Assembly (NCBI GenBank): GCA_001783065.1
Contig: MFQN01000003.1
Coordinates: forward strand, 15,314-79,313
DNA length: 64,000 nucleotides
Source: Candidatus Magasanikbacteria bacterium RIFCSPLOWO2_12_FULL_43_12
Lineage (GTDB): Bacteria > Patescibacteriota > Patescibacteriia > Magasanikbacterales > UBA922
Reading direction: 5' to 3'
In this document: positions 47,341-57,764 of the stretch, one piece after another
Numbering within the stretch: position 1 is the stretch's first letter
Layout of the letters: every line of letters begins with the position of its first letter
The notes under the pieces: generated by a model
Database searches by the model: none
Told to the model about the DNA's origin: nothing
The model's input: the letters and a program-made list of their open reading frames with translations, nothing else
Program-made: the position numbers and the translations under genes

Positions 47341-47367
47341 TGTTGGTAACACATCATGACCTCGTTT

Positions 47368-47688
47368 TTAATGTTCCATCCCAATCCAATCAGTTAAAAT
47401 ACCATAAACTTCTGTAGCTAAATCTTTATATTTTTCAACAAAACCGGCAGTCTCCTCGTCAAATGTTTCGATGAAAACTTTGTGGACGTTTCTGATAAAT
47501 TCGTCAACATTAAAACTTAGATTAAACATTTCCACACTCTTTTTTATTTCGAGATCATATTCATCATGATTGTTTGCATCTGCGTAGTATATCCCAACAG
47601 GATTATACTTGTTAAACACTTTCCTCAACTTTTCAAGAATGACAGAACCTTCGGCCAACTCGATCAATCTACCTTTGTCAACCATCAT
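47368..47688 (-). CDS. Probable orphan immunity protein
   Basis: NPVGI...DEYD..I motif; 106 aa within the Rhs array. Confidence 0.6.
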   Translation of the reverse strand: MMVDKGRLIELAEGSVILEKLRKVFNKYNPVGIYYADANNHDEYDLEIKKSVEMFNLSFNVDEFIRNVHKVFIETFDEETAGFVEKYKDLATEVYGILTDWIGMEH

Positions 47689-47819
47689 AAGCCGCCACCC
47701 CCCTTCTTTTTATTCCATTCTAATGCCATACATTAGATAGTTTAATTTTAAAAAACAACAGGACTATCCTTTTCTCTTGTAACAGCATCGGTTAAATCAT
47801 TCATTTTTAGGGGTTTAAT

Positions 47820-48131
47820 TTATGGTGACCCCTCAAATAATTTAATTAATTCTCGACACGCGATCTTAGCATTATTCATATAATAATCCTCGGTAGTTTT
47901 AATTTCTTTATCCTTTTCAGCAAGTGCATCGTGACTCCACTTCTTTCGCACATCACCAAACGGCAGATGATCTGTCTCTGATGCAACACCTACAAAAAAC
48001 AACAAACTTTTGTTATTTTCTAAATTATACCCAAACTGAAAACCATTCAATTTGCGAGCCCCCTCAATAATGCTAATCTTATTATCCAGAATATCATTTG
48101 CAATTTTGATAATTTTTTCTTTGTAATCCAT
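47820..48131 (-). CDS. Probable immunity protein
   Basis: Start MDYKEK 2 nt after the toxin stop; IIEGARKL, SETDHLP. Confidence 0.7.
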   Translation of the reverse strand: MDYKEKIIKIANDILDNKISIIEGARKLNGFQFGYNLENNKSLLFFVGVASETDHLPFGDVRKKWSHDALAEKDKEIKTTEDYYMNNAKIACRELIKLFEGSP

Positions 48132-48132
48132 A

Positions 48133-49173
48133 TTATTTTTTAAAAAAATCAATTAACACGCTTTTAACTTCCACTATTTTATTATTTGCAACATTCTTGT
48201 AATAATGCGGTTGATAACGGATACCAGTTGGACTCACAAAAATTTCTTTTGTTACATTTTTTACCCAATTTTTTGCTCCGCCACCATATTGTTCAGATAA
48301 TCTTTTTGCCGCTCGTAAAGTTCCTTCTGCCCCGGAAAAAATTGTTTTACTATTTTCAATAACTTCCTTTTTTAACAAACCAGCTTGAGTAAAGGCACTC
48401 CATAATACTGAACCACCTTCCTTAATCCCCTTATTCGCAACTGAACTTCTTCCACCCGTCCCCACATCAAGCGCCATAAAACCAATCGCCAATCCACGCG
48501 TACTGCCCTTTGTGTCCGGGTCAAACACATCCGCCGCGTTGTTTATCATACCACCAATGGTATGGTTCACAAACGCCGCCGAATGACCAACAATACCACC
48601 TTGTGCTTGTGCGTAATCCGCCGAAGCATTAAAGAAATCCCCGACTTTTCTTTGATCGGCGGCCATTTGTCTGCCGATATCGCCGTAAAATTGACCGTCG
48701 GGATCAGTATATCTCAGCGGATTATTCTTAACATACGCATACGAATTCAGGTTTTGCGGATCTGCCAAGAGTTGTGGTAATTTCATTTCCGTAATTTGTT
48801 CTGCTTCGCGTGTACCCATTACTATACTTAGCGGATCCACACTCATAAACCTCCCCACCTCACTATCATAATACCTCTGTCCGGCGTAATACAATCCGCT
48901 CGCGTCAAGCTCATACCCAGTGAACTTCTTATCGTTTTCGTAAGTCGTGTATTTATTATCCAACCGAACCGAGCCGAATGGGTAGTAATCCAATACTTCA
49001 ACCGCATACCCGTCTTTATTGGTTTCAACGCTTGAACCCGAGAGATGATCGGTGTGATGATAGATTATTTTTCCGTCGTCAATCGTGGCGATTGAGCTGT
49101 CTCCGGCAAAGATATGTTTCTTTGCTTTTCCTTGCCCTGAACCAGGCTGAATGGCGGCTTCAATAGTATACAA
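48133..49173 (-). CDS. Orphan Rhs core plus C-terminal toxin tip
   Basis: HTDHLSGS, DYYPFG, RYYD, NSYAYVKNNPLRYTDPDG; tip ends WVK...HYY...EVK. Confidence 0.8.
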   Translation of the reverse strand: MYTIEAAIQPGSGQGKAKKHIFAGDSSIATIDDGKIIYHHTDHLSGSSVETNKDGYAVEVLDYYPFGSVRLDNKYTTYENDKKFTGYELDASGLYYAGQRYYDSEVGRFMSVDPLSIVMGTREAEQITEMKLPQLLADPQNLNSYAYVKNNPLRYTDPDGQFYGDIGRQMAADQRKVGDFFNASADYAQAQGGIVGHSAAFVNHTIGGMINNAADVFDPDTKGSTRGLAIGFMALDVGTGGRSSVANKGIKEGGSVLWSAFTQAGLLKKEVIENSKTIFSGAEGTLRAAKRLSEQYGGGAKNWVKNVTKEIFVSPTGIRYQPHYYKNVANNKIVEVKSVLIDFFKK

Positions 49174-49247
49174 CCTGTTCGGGTAGATTGAAACTTTACC
49201 CTGCGCCCCTGTGGCGCCAGGGTTGGTGTTTTCGGTTTAAATTTTAA

Positions 49248-49601
49248 TTAACTCTTAATCTCATAAGAAAAATCTAATTCGTCATAGCGATTTTCTTTAT
49301 GTGTATTTTTTTCTATAATTTCTTCTAATATTTTTTTGTCTTTTGGATCAATATTATCAAGAGCCTTATAATTTTCGAGAACAAGATGAATGCCGGTTAT
49401 TTTGTCACGATCGGGGTCATCGATGAAGGTTTTAGATTCAGTGTCAAGACTCTGAAAACTATCATCAAACGAATCCCAATTTGCATTTGTTTTCTCGCTA
49501 TCTACTGGCGGATAAGCAAAATCAAATATCTTATTAAAACAATATAAAAGATCTGCTTTACTTTTGACATTAATTAAATTTACAGTATATTTTTTAATCA
49601 T
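49248..49601 (-). CDS. Barstar-family RNase inhibitor (immunity)
   Basis: VKSKADLL..F...F, NWDSFDDS; directly after the RNase tip. Confidence 0.75.
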   Translation of the reverse strand: MIKKYTVNLINVKSKADLLYCFNKIFDFAYPPVDSEKTNANWDSFDDSFQSLDTESKTFIDDPDRDKITGIHLVLENYKALDNIDPKDKKILEEIIEKNTHKENRYDELDFSYEIKS

Positions 49602-49605
49602 AAAT

Positions 49606-52600
49606 TTAATTATTTTTATTAACTTTCAAAAAAGCTGGTCCTTTATTTTTTTGTTCGCCATAATGAGTGTTCGTATAATACATTTCCCCATTTTTTCCTG
49701 TGACGAGTCTTTCGGCCGTTCTGTTGCCTTGGTTTGGAGTTGTGTCCCATTTCTGGTAGTGCCCTTTTTCTTGTTGAGGCAAGTAACCTTCTTTATTTTC
49801 AAACAGCCCTCCTCCTTTATAATTTTGCATTGGACTCTTAAAACCATTCCCCTCCAAGTGTTCTATCACTCCTTGCACATGCGAAGGCAACGCGCCTCTC
49901 CCAATACTTGCCATTTCATTTGCCTTCCTCACCATCCCTCCCGCAACGAATGGAACACCAGCCGCCAATCCGCTGATAGTACGATCTGTCCATGAAAGAG
50001 GGTTGCCTGAGAAAGTGTCTTTTCCTGATATGGCCTCTTTTGCGTCTATGATATCTCCCAGCACGGGGGTTGAACGGATTGAACTTTCCATGGGGCGATT
50101 TGCAAAGGCATTTCCTATCATTCCAATAAGGGCTGATTGGGTGGCGATAAATGTTCCTGCGGCAATTATGGAAGGAGTTGTGTAGGCTATAATAGGTACA
50201 AGAAAGGCAAGCTCTCCGTTTTGGTCTTGATACATGATGGGATTATTCCTAGCGTACGCATAGCTATTAAACGATTGGGGGTCTATCAAATTCTGCCCAC
50301 TCCTCCAAAACACCGGATCTTGTGAAAGGAATTTTCCTCTCACCCCATCATAATATCTCGCGTTAAGGTAAGACAGCTCGCTTTCTTTGTCAAAATATTG
50401 TCCGATGAATTGTTTGTTTGTATTATCAGAACCAGCATCAATTCTCTTTTTTCCGTATGGATAATAGTCAGATACATGGGTGACAAAACCTTGGTTGTCA
50501 GTAGTTACGTTTGTGCTGTCCAGGTGGTCGGTGTGGATATATTTTACACTGTTATTGTTTTCAATGGTAGCGACAAGGTTGTTTCCGGCGTAAATGTATT
50601 TGGTTGTTTTCGTCCCGTCTTTTTCGTAATGTTTGAATGGGTATATTGTAGTTGTGTCATTGGCTGTTTTCTTGGTTCTCTGCCCGGTTTGGTCGTACGC
50701 ATACGTAACTTTGTTGGCGACAGTCGCGGTGGTTGTATTTGTCGACGACTGCGTGTAGGTGACGGTGAGATACGGATCTTGAGTGGTGCCTGTGTATTCT
50801 CCAGAAAAGATGGAAAAATAATTGTACCGTGTGGACGTTGCCGACGAACTGATGAACGCGGAATCAATGACATCATGTCCTTCGCGCAATCCGAGCTTGG
50901 TTGCGCCGGTCTTTGAAACCCAATTCCTACCATTGGCATTAAAATTGAAAGTAAGATACTTGCCAGTGATGATGTTAGTAAGGTCTTTGCGCTCGCTTAA
51001 ATCTATACCTTCAGTTGGATTGTCAATACTTCCGGCCTGATCAAAGTCGTCTATGGAAAGGGCTGCCGCGCTGGCTTGAGAGGCCTGAACTACTGTGATA
51101 AAATCATCGCCGTCATTGTCGTGATTGGTTATTGATTGTGGAAAGACGTTGAGCGAGGCGGAAGTGACTGTTGCGTTGTCGGGAATCTGGGATGTGTCAA
51201 AAGGCAAGAATGAACGATAGATAACATAGCTGGCGGTTGATTTGGCAGGTCCTGTCAGAAGGTAGGAAAATGTCGCGGAAGCGCCTGAACCAGACGTTGC
51301 GTCATGCGCCGTGTCCCAAGAGAAGCTGGATTTGAAGATGGATCCATCCACTGCGGTTGGATAAAAATTCATGGTTGTGGTCGTTGTGGCGGCAGTATTT
51401 ATGGTTGGGGAGGTCGCGGTCTCACCGGAAGACACCAGACGGTTCTGGTAATCCCATTCGTACGTCGTTATACCGTCGCTGACAAGGTTGCCGTTGTTGT
51501 CGTAGGCGAATGTCTTGTTGCCGACTTGAGTTACCGCGTGAGGATTGGTATATCCGGTTTGGGCGTACGCGTAATCCCCGACATCTGATTTGTTTAAGAT
51601 GTTTCCAATCGCGTCATAATTATATGTTTGCGTGTAATTTTGATTGTTTTTGGCGTTGGTTATGGTGGCGGATTTTAATCGGTACAAATCATCGTAAGTA
51701 TAGTTGCTCGTTTTGGCAGTGTCTAAATTTCCCGCGTCAATTATTTGGGTGATGTTGCCGACTGTGTCATAGGCGTAAAAAAGATCTTGCAACGTAACAA
51801 CCGCCGATTTTGAGTCGGATTTGGTTGTTTGCGTATAGGTGACGGTAAGATACGGATCTTGAACGGTGCCGGAGTATTCGCTCGTACGGATGGTCAAAAA
51901 ATTGTATTGTATGGTTGTTGAAGACGAACTCGTAAATGCCGAATCAATCACGTCATGACCTTCGCGCAGACCCAATCGCGTTGCGCCGATCGCGGAAATC
52001 CAACCCAGTCCGGTGGAATTAAGGTTGAAGGCGAGATATTTGCCAACCGCGATATTGGTGATGTCTTTGCGTTCGTTTGAATTAACGCCTTCGGTCGGGT
52101 TATTTATGGCCCCAGTTTGATCAAAATCTTCCTTGGCAAGTATCGTCGTACTCGCCTGGGACGTCTGCACAAGCGTGATAAAGTCATCTCCATCGTTGTC
52201 ATCATTTTTTTTCGCATAGACATACACGTTGAGCGAGGCGGATGTGATCGCGGCGTCGTCAGGAATGGAGGAAGTATCAAAAGGGAGAAAGGTACGATAG
52301 ATGTAATACAACTTTGAAGATTTGATGATTCCCGTAGTGGCTGCTAAAGCGGTATAGTTGCTGGCTATTCCCGCTGTCGCGTCATGCGCCGCGTCCCAAG
52401 AAGGGTTGGAGCTATAGATATACCCGTCTCCGGCTGTTGGATAAAACGTCTGGGTGGTTGTCGTGGTCGTCGCGCCAGATGATTCTTGCTTATACCCGGT
52501 CGTCACTTTATGCTTGAGACGGTGAAGTTGGTTTTCATCGTAGGTGTTTGTCGTGGCTGTGCCATTGCCATTTTCTTGATAAGCAATCTGTCCAAGCGGA

Positions 52601-55600
52601 GAATAATCAAAATCATTTACCACGCTCGCAAAATCTCCGCCAGTGCTTTCTTTTTGGGAAATATTTTCAAGCAGACCCGCGGAATTGTATTGATTTTTTA
52701 CTTCGCTATTATCCGGATAGATTGTTGACTTTACATTGCCGGCTCTATCATAGGTGTATTGAGTAACATAATCTATCGCGTCAATATCCTTTGTCTCCTT
52801 CGCTATTTGTCCCAAGGCATTATAGTCATAGCTCGTATTTGCGCCGCTGTTTTTCACGCCGCACAATCGGCCGATGCCGTTTGCACAGCCGGCATCATAA
52901 GTGTAGGTTACTTCAACTCCGGCCTGCGCCGCGGTGTCTTCGGTGATTTTTCGATTGAGTGAATCATAATTATACGCGACAATTTGATTTTTCGGATCGG
53001 TTTGGTTTTTTAAATTCCCGTTGTTATCATAAGTGTAATTCCAAATCCCAAACGTGAAATCGCCAGGGGCGTGCGAATCTTGGGCAGATAATCTCCTTCC
53101 CAAACCGTCGTAGCCGAAATTTCTTACATTTCCAAGAGCGTCGGTAATTTTCACCAGATTATCATTTCCATCATACCCGTAATACGTGTGATAATTTGCC
53201 AGCGCCGGATTAGTGATTTTTTCCGTTACCTGAATTAAACGTCCAAACGCGTCATTGTAATAGTCTTTGGTATTTCCTTTCGCGTCAATGGTGGAAACTT
53301 TCCAGTTGAAATAATTATTGGCAGTCGTCCCAACCGCGTTGGTGATAGTTTTCACTCGTTTGAGAGCGTCATAAGTATAGGTGGTGTATAAATTTGTGTT
53401 TATTGTCGGCGCGGTTTGCGCGGAGCCGACGGAAAAATATGCCAACGTCTCGGATTCAACCATGCCTAATTTATTATACGCGAAATCTTCCACGGAAAAA
53501 CCGTCTTCCACTTCAGTTCGTTCTTGAATTGTCTTGTCCAAACCGTTTATGTATGAAAAAGAATCAACGGCGTTGGCGTCGTCTAAATATTTTTTTGTCT
53601 GAACCGCGCGCGGATTGGTATTGTCCGTGTAAAAATATTCGGCTGACACGACCAAAGCTGTCGGATTGCTTGCATCCGGTATGCGCTCTTGCTTGACTCG
53701 GCCGAGCGGGTCAAAAGACGTTTCATACGCGTAATTATTCGCGTCTATTATCTGCTTAGGTTTGCCGACAGCATAATCGTATTGGTATTTAACCGTTTGT
53801 CCGAGCGAGTTGGCGATGGCCGCGGGATAAAGATTATTTGCATCATAAATCATCGTCGTCAAATTATTATTGCCGTCGTATGATTTCACCGCCAAACCGA
53901 AATTATTATATGTCTTTTGATTATCCGCGTATTGATTCCCGCTTATCCAATTTTTCTCTTTGGTTTTATTGCCGATACTCGCTTGCCCGAAAGGCAGATT
54001 ATCATAATACGAGATTGTTTCGCGAATTTTTACGCCGCTTGAATCAGTAACGATTTCTTGAGACAACAAGGCGATAATATTCGCGCCGTTTCCAGCGTAA
54101 GAATATGTATGAATTCTGGCGTCCGCGCCGACATCCGCGATCGCGCCGTTATTTGGCGCTGATACTTCGCCCCATTCTGTTTTCTTGGTTAAATTGCCGT
54201 TTGAATTATTATATGCAAAACTTTCCGCGCCGGCTTTTTCCGCGCCGGCGCTATCAAAACTTTTTTTGATAGTTTCCGAATTGAAAACAAAACTGCGATT
54301 ATTACCCAAATCCGCCAAACCAAATTTATTTAATGTTTTTGCTTGCAATTTTCCGCTACCATCCAATATATCCTCGCGGTACATCAGATTAATTTTTGCC
54401 GGATGGTCAACGTACTCACCCAAAGCGCTGTCGGTTTCATCGCCTTGATGAAAATACTGTTTGGTAACATTTCCCAGCGCGTCGGTTTTGGCTACCATCT
54501 GAAATCCGGCAAAACGTTTATCCAGATAATTGTTAAAATAATATTTCCCGCCTTCATATTGATAACTCGTCGTCGCTTTATTGCCCAAACCGTCATCGGT
54601 CGCAATCTTATCCGCCACATACACCATAAAAGGCAGTTTTGGATTGGCTTGCGAGCCGTCAGTCTTTTTGAACATCTGGGCGGTTTGGTATGTTACTTCG
54701 GTAATCGCGCCCTTGCTGTGGTCAACGCGAATGAGCAAATCAGCTTTCGCCCCCTTATTCAAATATACACCATTGCCGCCCTCGCCGCCAAGCCGCAGAA
54801 AATCGCTCAAACCATCTCCATTCACGTCTATTACGCGCCAGCCATTATCCAAATTGTTTCCTCCGCCAGAATCTTTAAGAAAAGATGTGGGGATAGTTTG
54901 AGTAGAATCATACGCCCAGCCGGCGCCATCGCCTTTGTTCATATACACAACCAAGGGGTCGGTGGCTTTTAATCCATTCCCGCGCGCGAAATCCACCAAA
55001 CCGTCGCCGTTAATATCCAAAAAACTGTTAGCGCCGTCGTATGTGCCTGGGATGCCGCCGCCTAAATATGGCGTGTCAAGCGAATAAGAACAATCATAAT
55101 TTTTTCCGCCATCAATATTTAAACAAGTACTTGCCTTCGGCAACACTTGGGTCCCGCTATCGCTAACAGTGACAAACCCGGAATAAACAAAATCTTCCAA
55201 CCCGTCGCCATTAACATCCATAATCACTGTTTCATAAGGGCTGTTCATTTGCGAACACATATAATAGCTCGGCGGAAGAGAATGCTCGCTGCTTGATTCC
55301 CACGCGCCATTTCCTTTATTGATAAAAATTCCTTGAATCCAAGGAGTATATTTTAATATGTCTGCCAAACCATCGCCGTTTATGTCTGCCAAACGCACGC
55401 AATTATCCAAAATACCATTGGTTGGCGATATGTTTATAAAAAGAGCCGGTGAATTATAATTTGCATCCATTACCCAGCTATCTTGTCCGATTTTCTTGAT
55501 AAATACTTTGGTTGGCTGGGCCACATTATCTTGTATTTTTCCATACACAAAATCCAGCATACCGTCGCCATTCACATCGCCAAGACGAACGCCATTATCG

Positions 55601-56778
55601 CCGCCGTTCATGTATATTGGCGTGGGCGACCCGCCGCCACTGATATATCCGCCATTGCCGTTATTTATAAAAGACTTGTTATTTATCATCTTTCCCGTGC
55701 TATCCGTGTCATCGCTGGAAAACAAATCAAGCAAACCATCACCGGTTACGTCGGCAATCCGTTGTCCTTTGTCTTGATACCCCACCCAAGACCCCCAATC
55801 CGGCGCGTAATAACCGTCAAATTTCCAACCCTTTTCTTTTTGTTGGTAGGTGAATGTCGTCGGCGGCAATGTGATGATATTCCCGTTCTTATTTCCGGAT
55901 TCAATTATGCCGCCAAGCAAGGATCGCTTATTATTATCACCGATCACGTAACTGAAATCATATTTCCTCACCCATTCTCCATTAGCCTTTACCGTAATAT
56001 TTGAAATTCTATATTGCGTGCGGATTTTAAAACCGGCATTATACATAACCGCGGTGTCCGCGCGCGCCTCGCGATTGAAAATCACTTCAAAAATGCCGTC
56101 TTCCGTGTTATGCCCGGTATAGACAATCCGCTCCGGATATATTTGTCCGCTGTCTTTAAAATATTCGTATTTAACAAAATTGTCATTAGTGTCGCGAATT
56201 TCCTGCAACAGCCATTTATACGCGTGGCTGGCGTTGTTCGCGTCGTCTTGACGCGCGGCCGCGTCATTGCCGAAAGTATAAACCGCGCCGGTTTTATCCG
56301 TAACCACCCATTTATTATTAATCAACGCGTAATTTAAAAAGTCGCCGGTTTCCACCTTGGCGCCGTATTGCCCGTTGGCGCCATCCGTCAAATTTATTGG
56401 AATGATTTCTCCGGACAAACTGGAATAAAAATAATTTTCCGTATAAAGTTTATCAACTCCTTTTTTGGGTAATCTTTGGATATACGGAATGGAAAAAGAC
56501 CAGCCATACCCAGCGATATTTGACTGGTCTTCGTCTTGGTTGTTATATTGCAGTTTCAAATCCGGCTGCAGCCCGTTTCTGCCGGGCGGAATAACGATAT
56601 CTTGATCAAAAATAAAAGCGCCCGATTGAGCGCCTGCGGTTATCTCCGGCAGTTCTGATTTTATTTCGGTGGAAGCGCGATAAACATACCCGCCATCAGC
56701 CGCTTGAACCATGTTTAAGGGCAAAAATACCAATAGCAAAAATAAAATAATCGGATACGATTTTTTATTCTTCCACAT
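49606..56778 (-). CDS. Secreted Rhs/YD-repeat polymorphic toxin (SpvB-like N-terminus, FG-GAP/VCBS repeats, barnase/RNase Sa-like tip)
   Basis: Signal peptide; PPGRNGLQPDLKLQY; DxNGDGLxD repeats; YD repeats; Rhs core NPIMYQDQNG; tip FENKEGYLP...ERLVTG...YYTNTHY. Confidence 0.93.
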   Translation of the reverse strand: MWKNKKSYPIILFLLLVFLPLNMVQAADGGYVYRASTEIKSELPEITAGAQSGAFIFDQDIVIPPGRNGLQPDLKLQYNNQDEDQSNIAGYGWSFSIPYIQRLPKKGVDKLYTENYFYSSLSGEIIPINLTDGANGQYGAKVETGDFLNYALINNKWVVTDKTGAVYTFGNDAAARQDDANNASHAYKWLLQEIRDTNDNFVKYEYFKDSGQIYPERIVYTGHNTEDGIFEVIFNREARADTAVMYNAGFKIRTQYRISNITVKANGEWVRKYDFSYVIGDNNKRSLLGGIIESGNKNGNIITLPPTTFTYQQKEKGWKFDGYYAPDWGSWVGYQDKGQRIADVTGDGLLDLFSSDDTDSTGKMINNKSFINNGNGGYISGGGSPTPIYMNGGDNGVRLGDVNGDGMLDFVYGKIQDNVAQPTKVFIKKIGQDSWVMDANYNSPALFINISPTNGILDNCVRLADINGDGLADILKYTPWIQGIFINKGNGAWESSSEHSLPPSYYMCSQMNSPYETVIMDVNGDGLEDFVYSGFVTVSDSGTQVLPKASTCLNIDGGKNYDCSYSLDTPYLGGGIPGTYDGANSFLDINGDGLVDFARGNGLKATDPLVVYMNKGDGAGWAYDSTQTIPTSFLKDSGGGNNLDNGWRVIDVNGDGLSDFLRLGGEGGNGVYLNKGAKADLLIRVDHSKGAITEVTYQTAQMFKKTDGSQANPKLPFMVYVADKIATDDGLGNKATTSYQYEGGKYYFNNYLDKRFAGFQMVAKTDALGNVTKQYFHQGDETDSALGEYVDHPAKINLMYREDILDGSGKLQAKTLNKFGLADLGNNRSFVFNSETIKKSFDSAGAEKAGAESFAYNNSNGNLTKKTEWGEVSAPNNGAIADVGADARIHTYSYAGNGANIIALLSQEIVTDSSGVKIRETISYYDNLPFGQASIGNKTKEKNWISGNQYADNQKTYNNFGLAVKSYDGNNNLTTMIYDANNLYPAAIANSLGQTVKYQYDYAVGKPKQIIDANNYAYETSFDPLGRVKQERIPDASNPTALVVSAEYFYTDNTNPRAVQTKKYLDDANAVDSFSYINGLDKTIQERTEVEDGFSVEDFAYNKLGMVESETLAYFSVGSAQTAPTINTNLYTTYTYDALKRVKTITNAVGTTANNYFNWKVSTIDAKGNTKDYYNDAFGRLIQVTEKITNPALANYHTYYGYDGNDNLVKITDALGNVRNFGYDGLGRRLSAQDSHAPGDFTFGIWNYTYDNNGNLKNQTDPKNQIVAYNYDSLNRKITEDTAAQAGVEVTYTYDAGCANGIGRLCGVKNSGANTSYDYNALGQIAKETKDIDAIDYVTQYTYDRAGNVKSTIYPDNSEVKNQYNSAGLLENISQKESTGGDFASVVNDFDYSPLGQIAYQENGNGTATTNTYDENQLHRLKHKVTTGYKQESSGATTTTTTQTFYPTAGDGYIYSSNPSWDAAHDATAGIASNYTALAATTGIIKSSKLYYIYRTFLPFDTSSIPDDAAITSASLNVYVYAKKNDDNDGDDFITLVQTSQASTTILAKEDFDQTGAINNPTEGVNSNERKDITNIAVGKYLAFNLNSTGLGWISAIGATRLGLREGHDVIDSAFTSSSSTTIQYNFLTIRTSEYSGTVQDPYLTVTYTQTTKSDSKSAVVTLQDLFYAYDTVGNITQIIDAGNLDTAKTSNYTYDDLYRLKSATITNAKNNQNYTQTYNYDAIGNILNKSDVGDYAYAQTGYTNPHAVTQVGNKTFAYDNNGNLVSDGITTYEWDYQNRLVSSGETATSPTINTAATTTTTMNFYPTAVDGSIFKSSFSWDTAHDATSGSGASATFSYLLTGPAKSTASYVIYRSFLPFDTSQIPDNATVTSASLNVFPQSITNHDNDGDDFITVVQASQASAAALSIDDFDQAGSIDNPTEGIDLSERKDLTNIITGKYLTFNFNANGRNWVSKTGATKLGLREGHDVIDSAFISSSATSTRYNYFSIFSGEYTGTTQDPYLTVTYTQSSTNTTTATVANKVTYAYDQTGQRTKKTANDTTTIYPFKHYEKDGTKTTKYIYAGNNLVATIENNNSVKYIHTDHLDSTNVTTDNQGFVTHVSDYYPYGKKRIDAGSDNTNKQFIGQYFDKESELSYLNARYYDGVRGKFLSQDPVFWRSGQNLIDPQSFNSYAYARNNPIMYQDQNGELAFLVPIIAYTTPSIIAAGTFIATQSALIGMIGNAFANRPMESSIRSTPVLGDIIDAKEAISGKDTFSGNPLSWTDRTISGLAAGVPFVAGGMVRKANEMASIGRGALPSHVQGVIEHLEGNGFKSPMQNYKGGGLFENKEGYLPQQEKGHYQKWDTTPNQGNRTAERLVTGKNGEMYYTNTHYGEQKNKGPAFLKVNKNN

Positions 56779-56845
56779 AGATTTAGAATCAACAAATCAG
56801 CCGTGAAGTTATTATACAGGTTTTAGAAAAAACGTCAAGTGGCTG

Positions 56846-56884
56846 GCAGGTTTTGTCGGCTGATTGCCGAATTTGGGGCCGACG
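56846..56884 (-). repeat. VGPKFGNQ fragment copy 1 of the giant Cys-rich gene
   Basis: gcaggttttgtcggctgattgccgaatttggggccgacg matches 61135-61174. Confidence 0.85.
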
Positions 56885-56946
56885 GCGGACAGGATACGGA
56901 ATACGGATAACATTGCTCATGTGAAAACGAAAAACAAAATAATCCT

Positions 56947-57276
56947 TCATTTTAATTTCACGCCTGTCTTTTTGATTTCATAAACCAAGGGATCCTCTTC
57001 GCTGGCAAAATCCTTGACGCTGAAAAAGTGTGGTTCTATCCCGCGTTCAACATCAACAATTCTGCGTTTTTTCCACAAAAATCCCCAATCGGCATTCCCG
57101 TTGTTTTTTTTTGAAATTATGCAAACATCAATATCGCTCCATGCTCGAGCGTGATTTTTCGCGTAAGAACCAAAGAGGTAAGCTTTCTCCACTTTTAAAC
57201 CCTTATCTTCCAAATGTCGCACAAAATCCTTGGCAAATTTTTTTACTTGTCTGACGGGGTATTTTTTTTTAACCAT
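56947..57276 (-). CDS. Minimal nucleotidyltransferase (MNT)
   Basis: AYLFGSYA...SDIDVC. Confidence 0.9.
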   Translation of the reverse strand: MVKKKYPVRQVKKFAKDFVRHLEDKGLKVEKAYLFGSYAKNHARAWSDIDVCIISKKNNGNADWGFLWKKRRIVDVERGIEPHFFSVKDFASEEDPLVYEIKKTGVKLK

Positions 57277-57641
57277 AGCATTATCTCGCGTGTTAAACGA
57301 AAATATTTTTGCGTAAATTTCTTGGTTGCTTTTTTGTAAAAAGAAAATTTAAAATCATCATACCGCGCGGCGATATTAAATGTATTAATTACGGCTAAAT
57401 GCTTGGCGTATTTACCGGGTAATTTTATATTTGAGAGAATGGCTAATCTTTCTAAATCATGAGTAATTGGAAAGATTTTTTCCCTGCTTTCTAAATATTT
57501 TCCTTTGAGTAAAAGTTCTAGAACCAAATGGGAGTAAAATAAACAATCAGAATATTTGCCGCTTCCAAACAAAGACTTTGCCGTCTCCCATTTCCTCGTT
57601 GAATTAGTGGCACAATAGTTTTTTAAAGATTCAATATTCAT
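57243..57641 (-). CDS. HEPN domain protein
   Basis: ELLLKG, THDL, AARY; paralogue of 41969-42358. Confidence 0.88.
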   Translation of the reverse strand: MNIESLKNYCATNSTRKWETAKSLFGSGKYSDCLFYSHLVLELLLKGKYLESREKIFPITHDLERLAILSNIKLPGKYAKHLAVINTFNIAARYDDFKFSFYKKATKKFTQKYFRLTREIMLWLKKNTPSDK

Positions 57642-57683
57642 ACGGGGATATTATACCAAAAAGAAGTAAAAAGTCAATGCTGG

Positions 57684-57733
57684 GCAAGTCTTGCGTGATT
57701 GGTTGCCGAATTTGGGACCGACATCAACGCAAT
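57684..57733 (-). repeat. VGPKFGNQ fragment copy 2
   Basis: Encodes CVDVGPKFGNQSRKTC vs CEDVGPKFGNQPNKTC in the gene. Confidence 0.85.
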
Positions 57734-57764
57734 TAGGATATGTTGTTGGACACTCGGTATTGTT

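Noticed and set aside
46907-47359. Plus-strand ORF and its twin at 50398..50916
   Set aside because: Antisense shadows of the duplicated Rhs core
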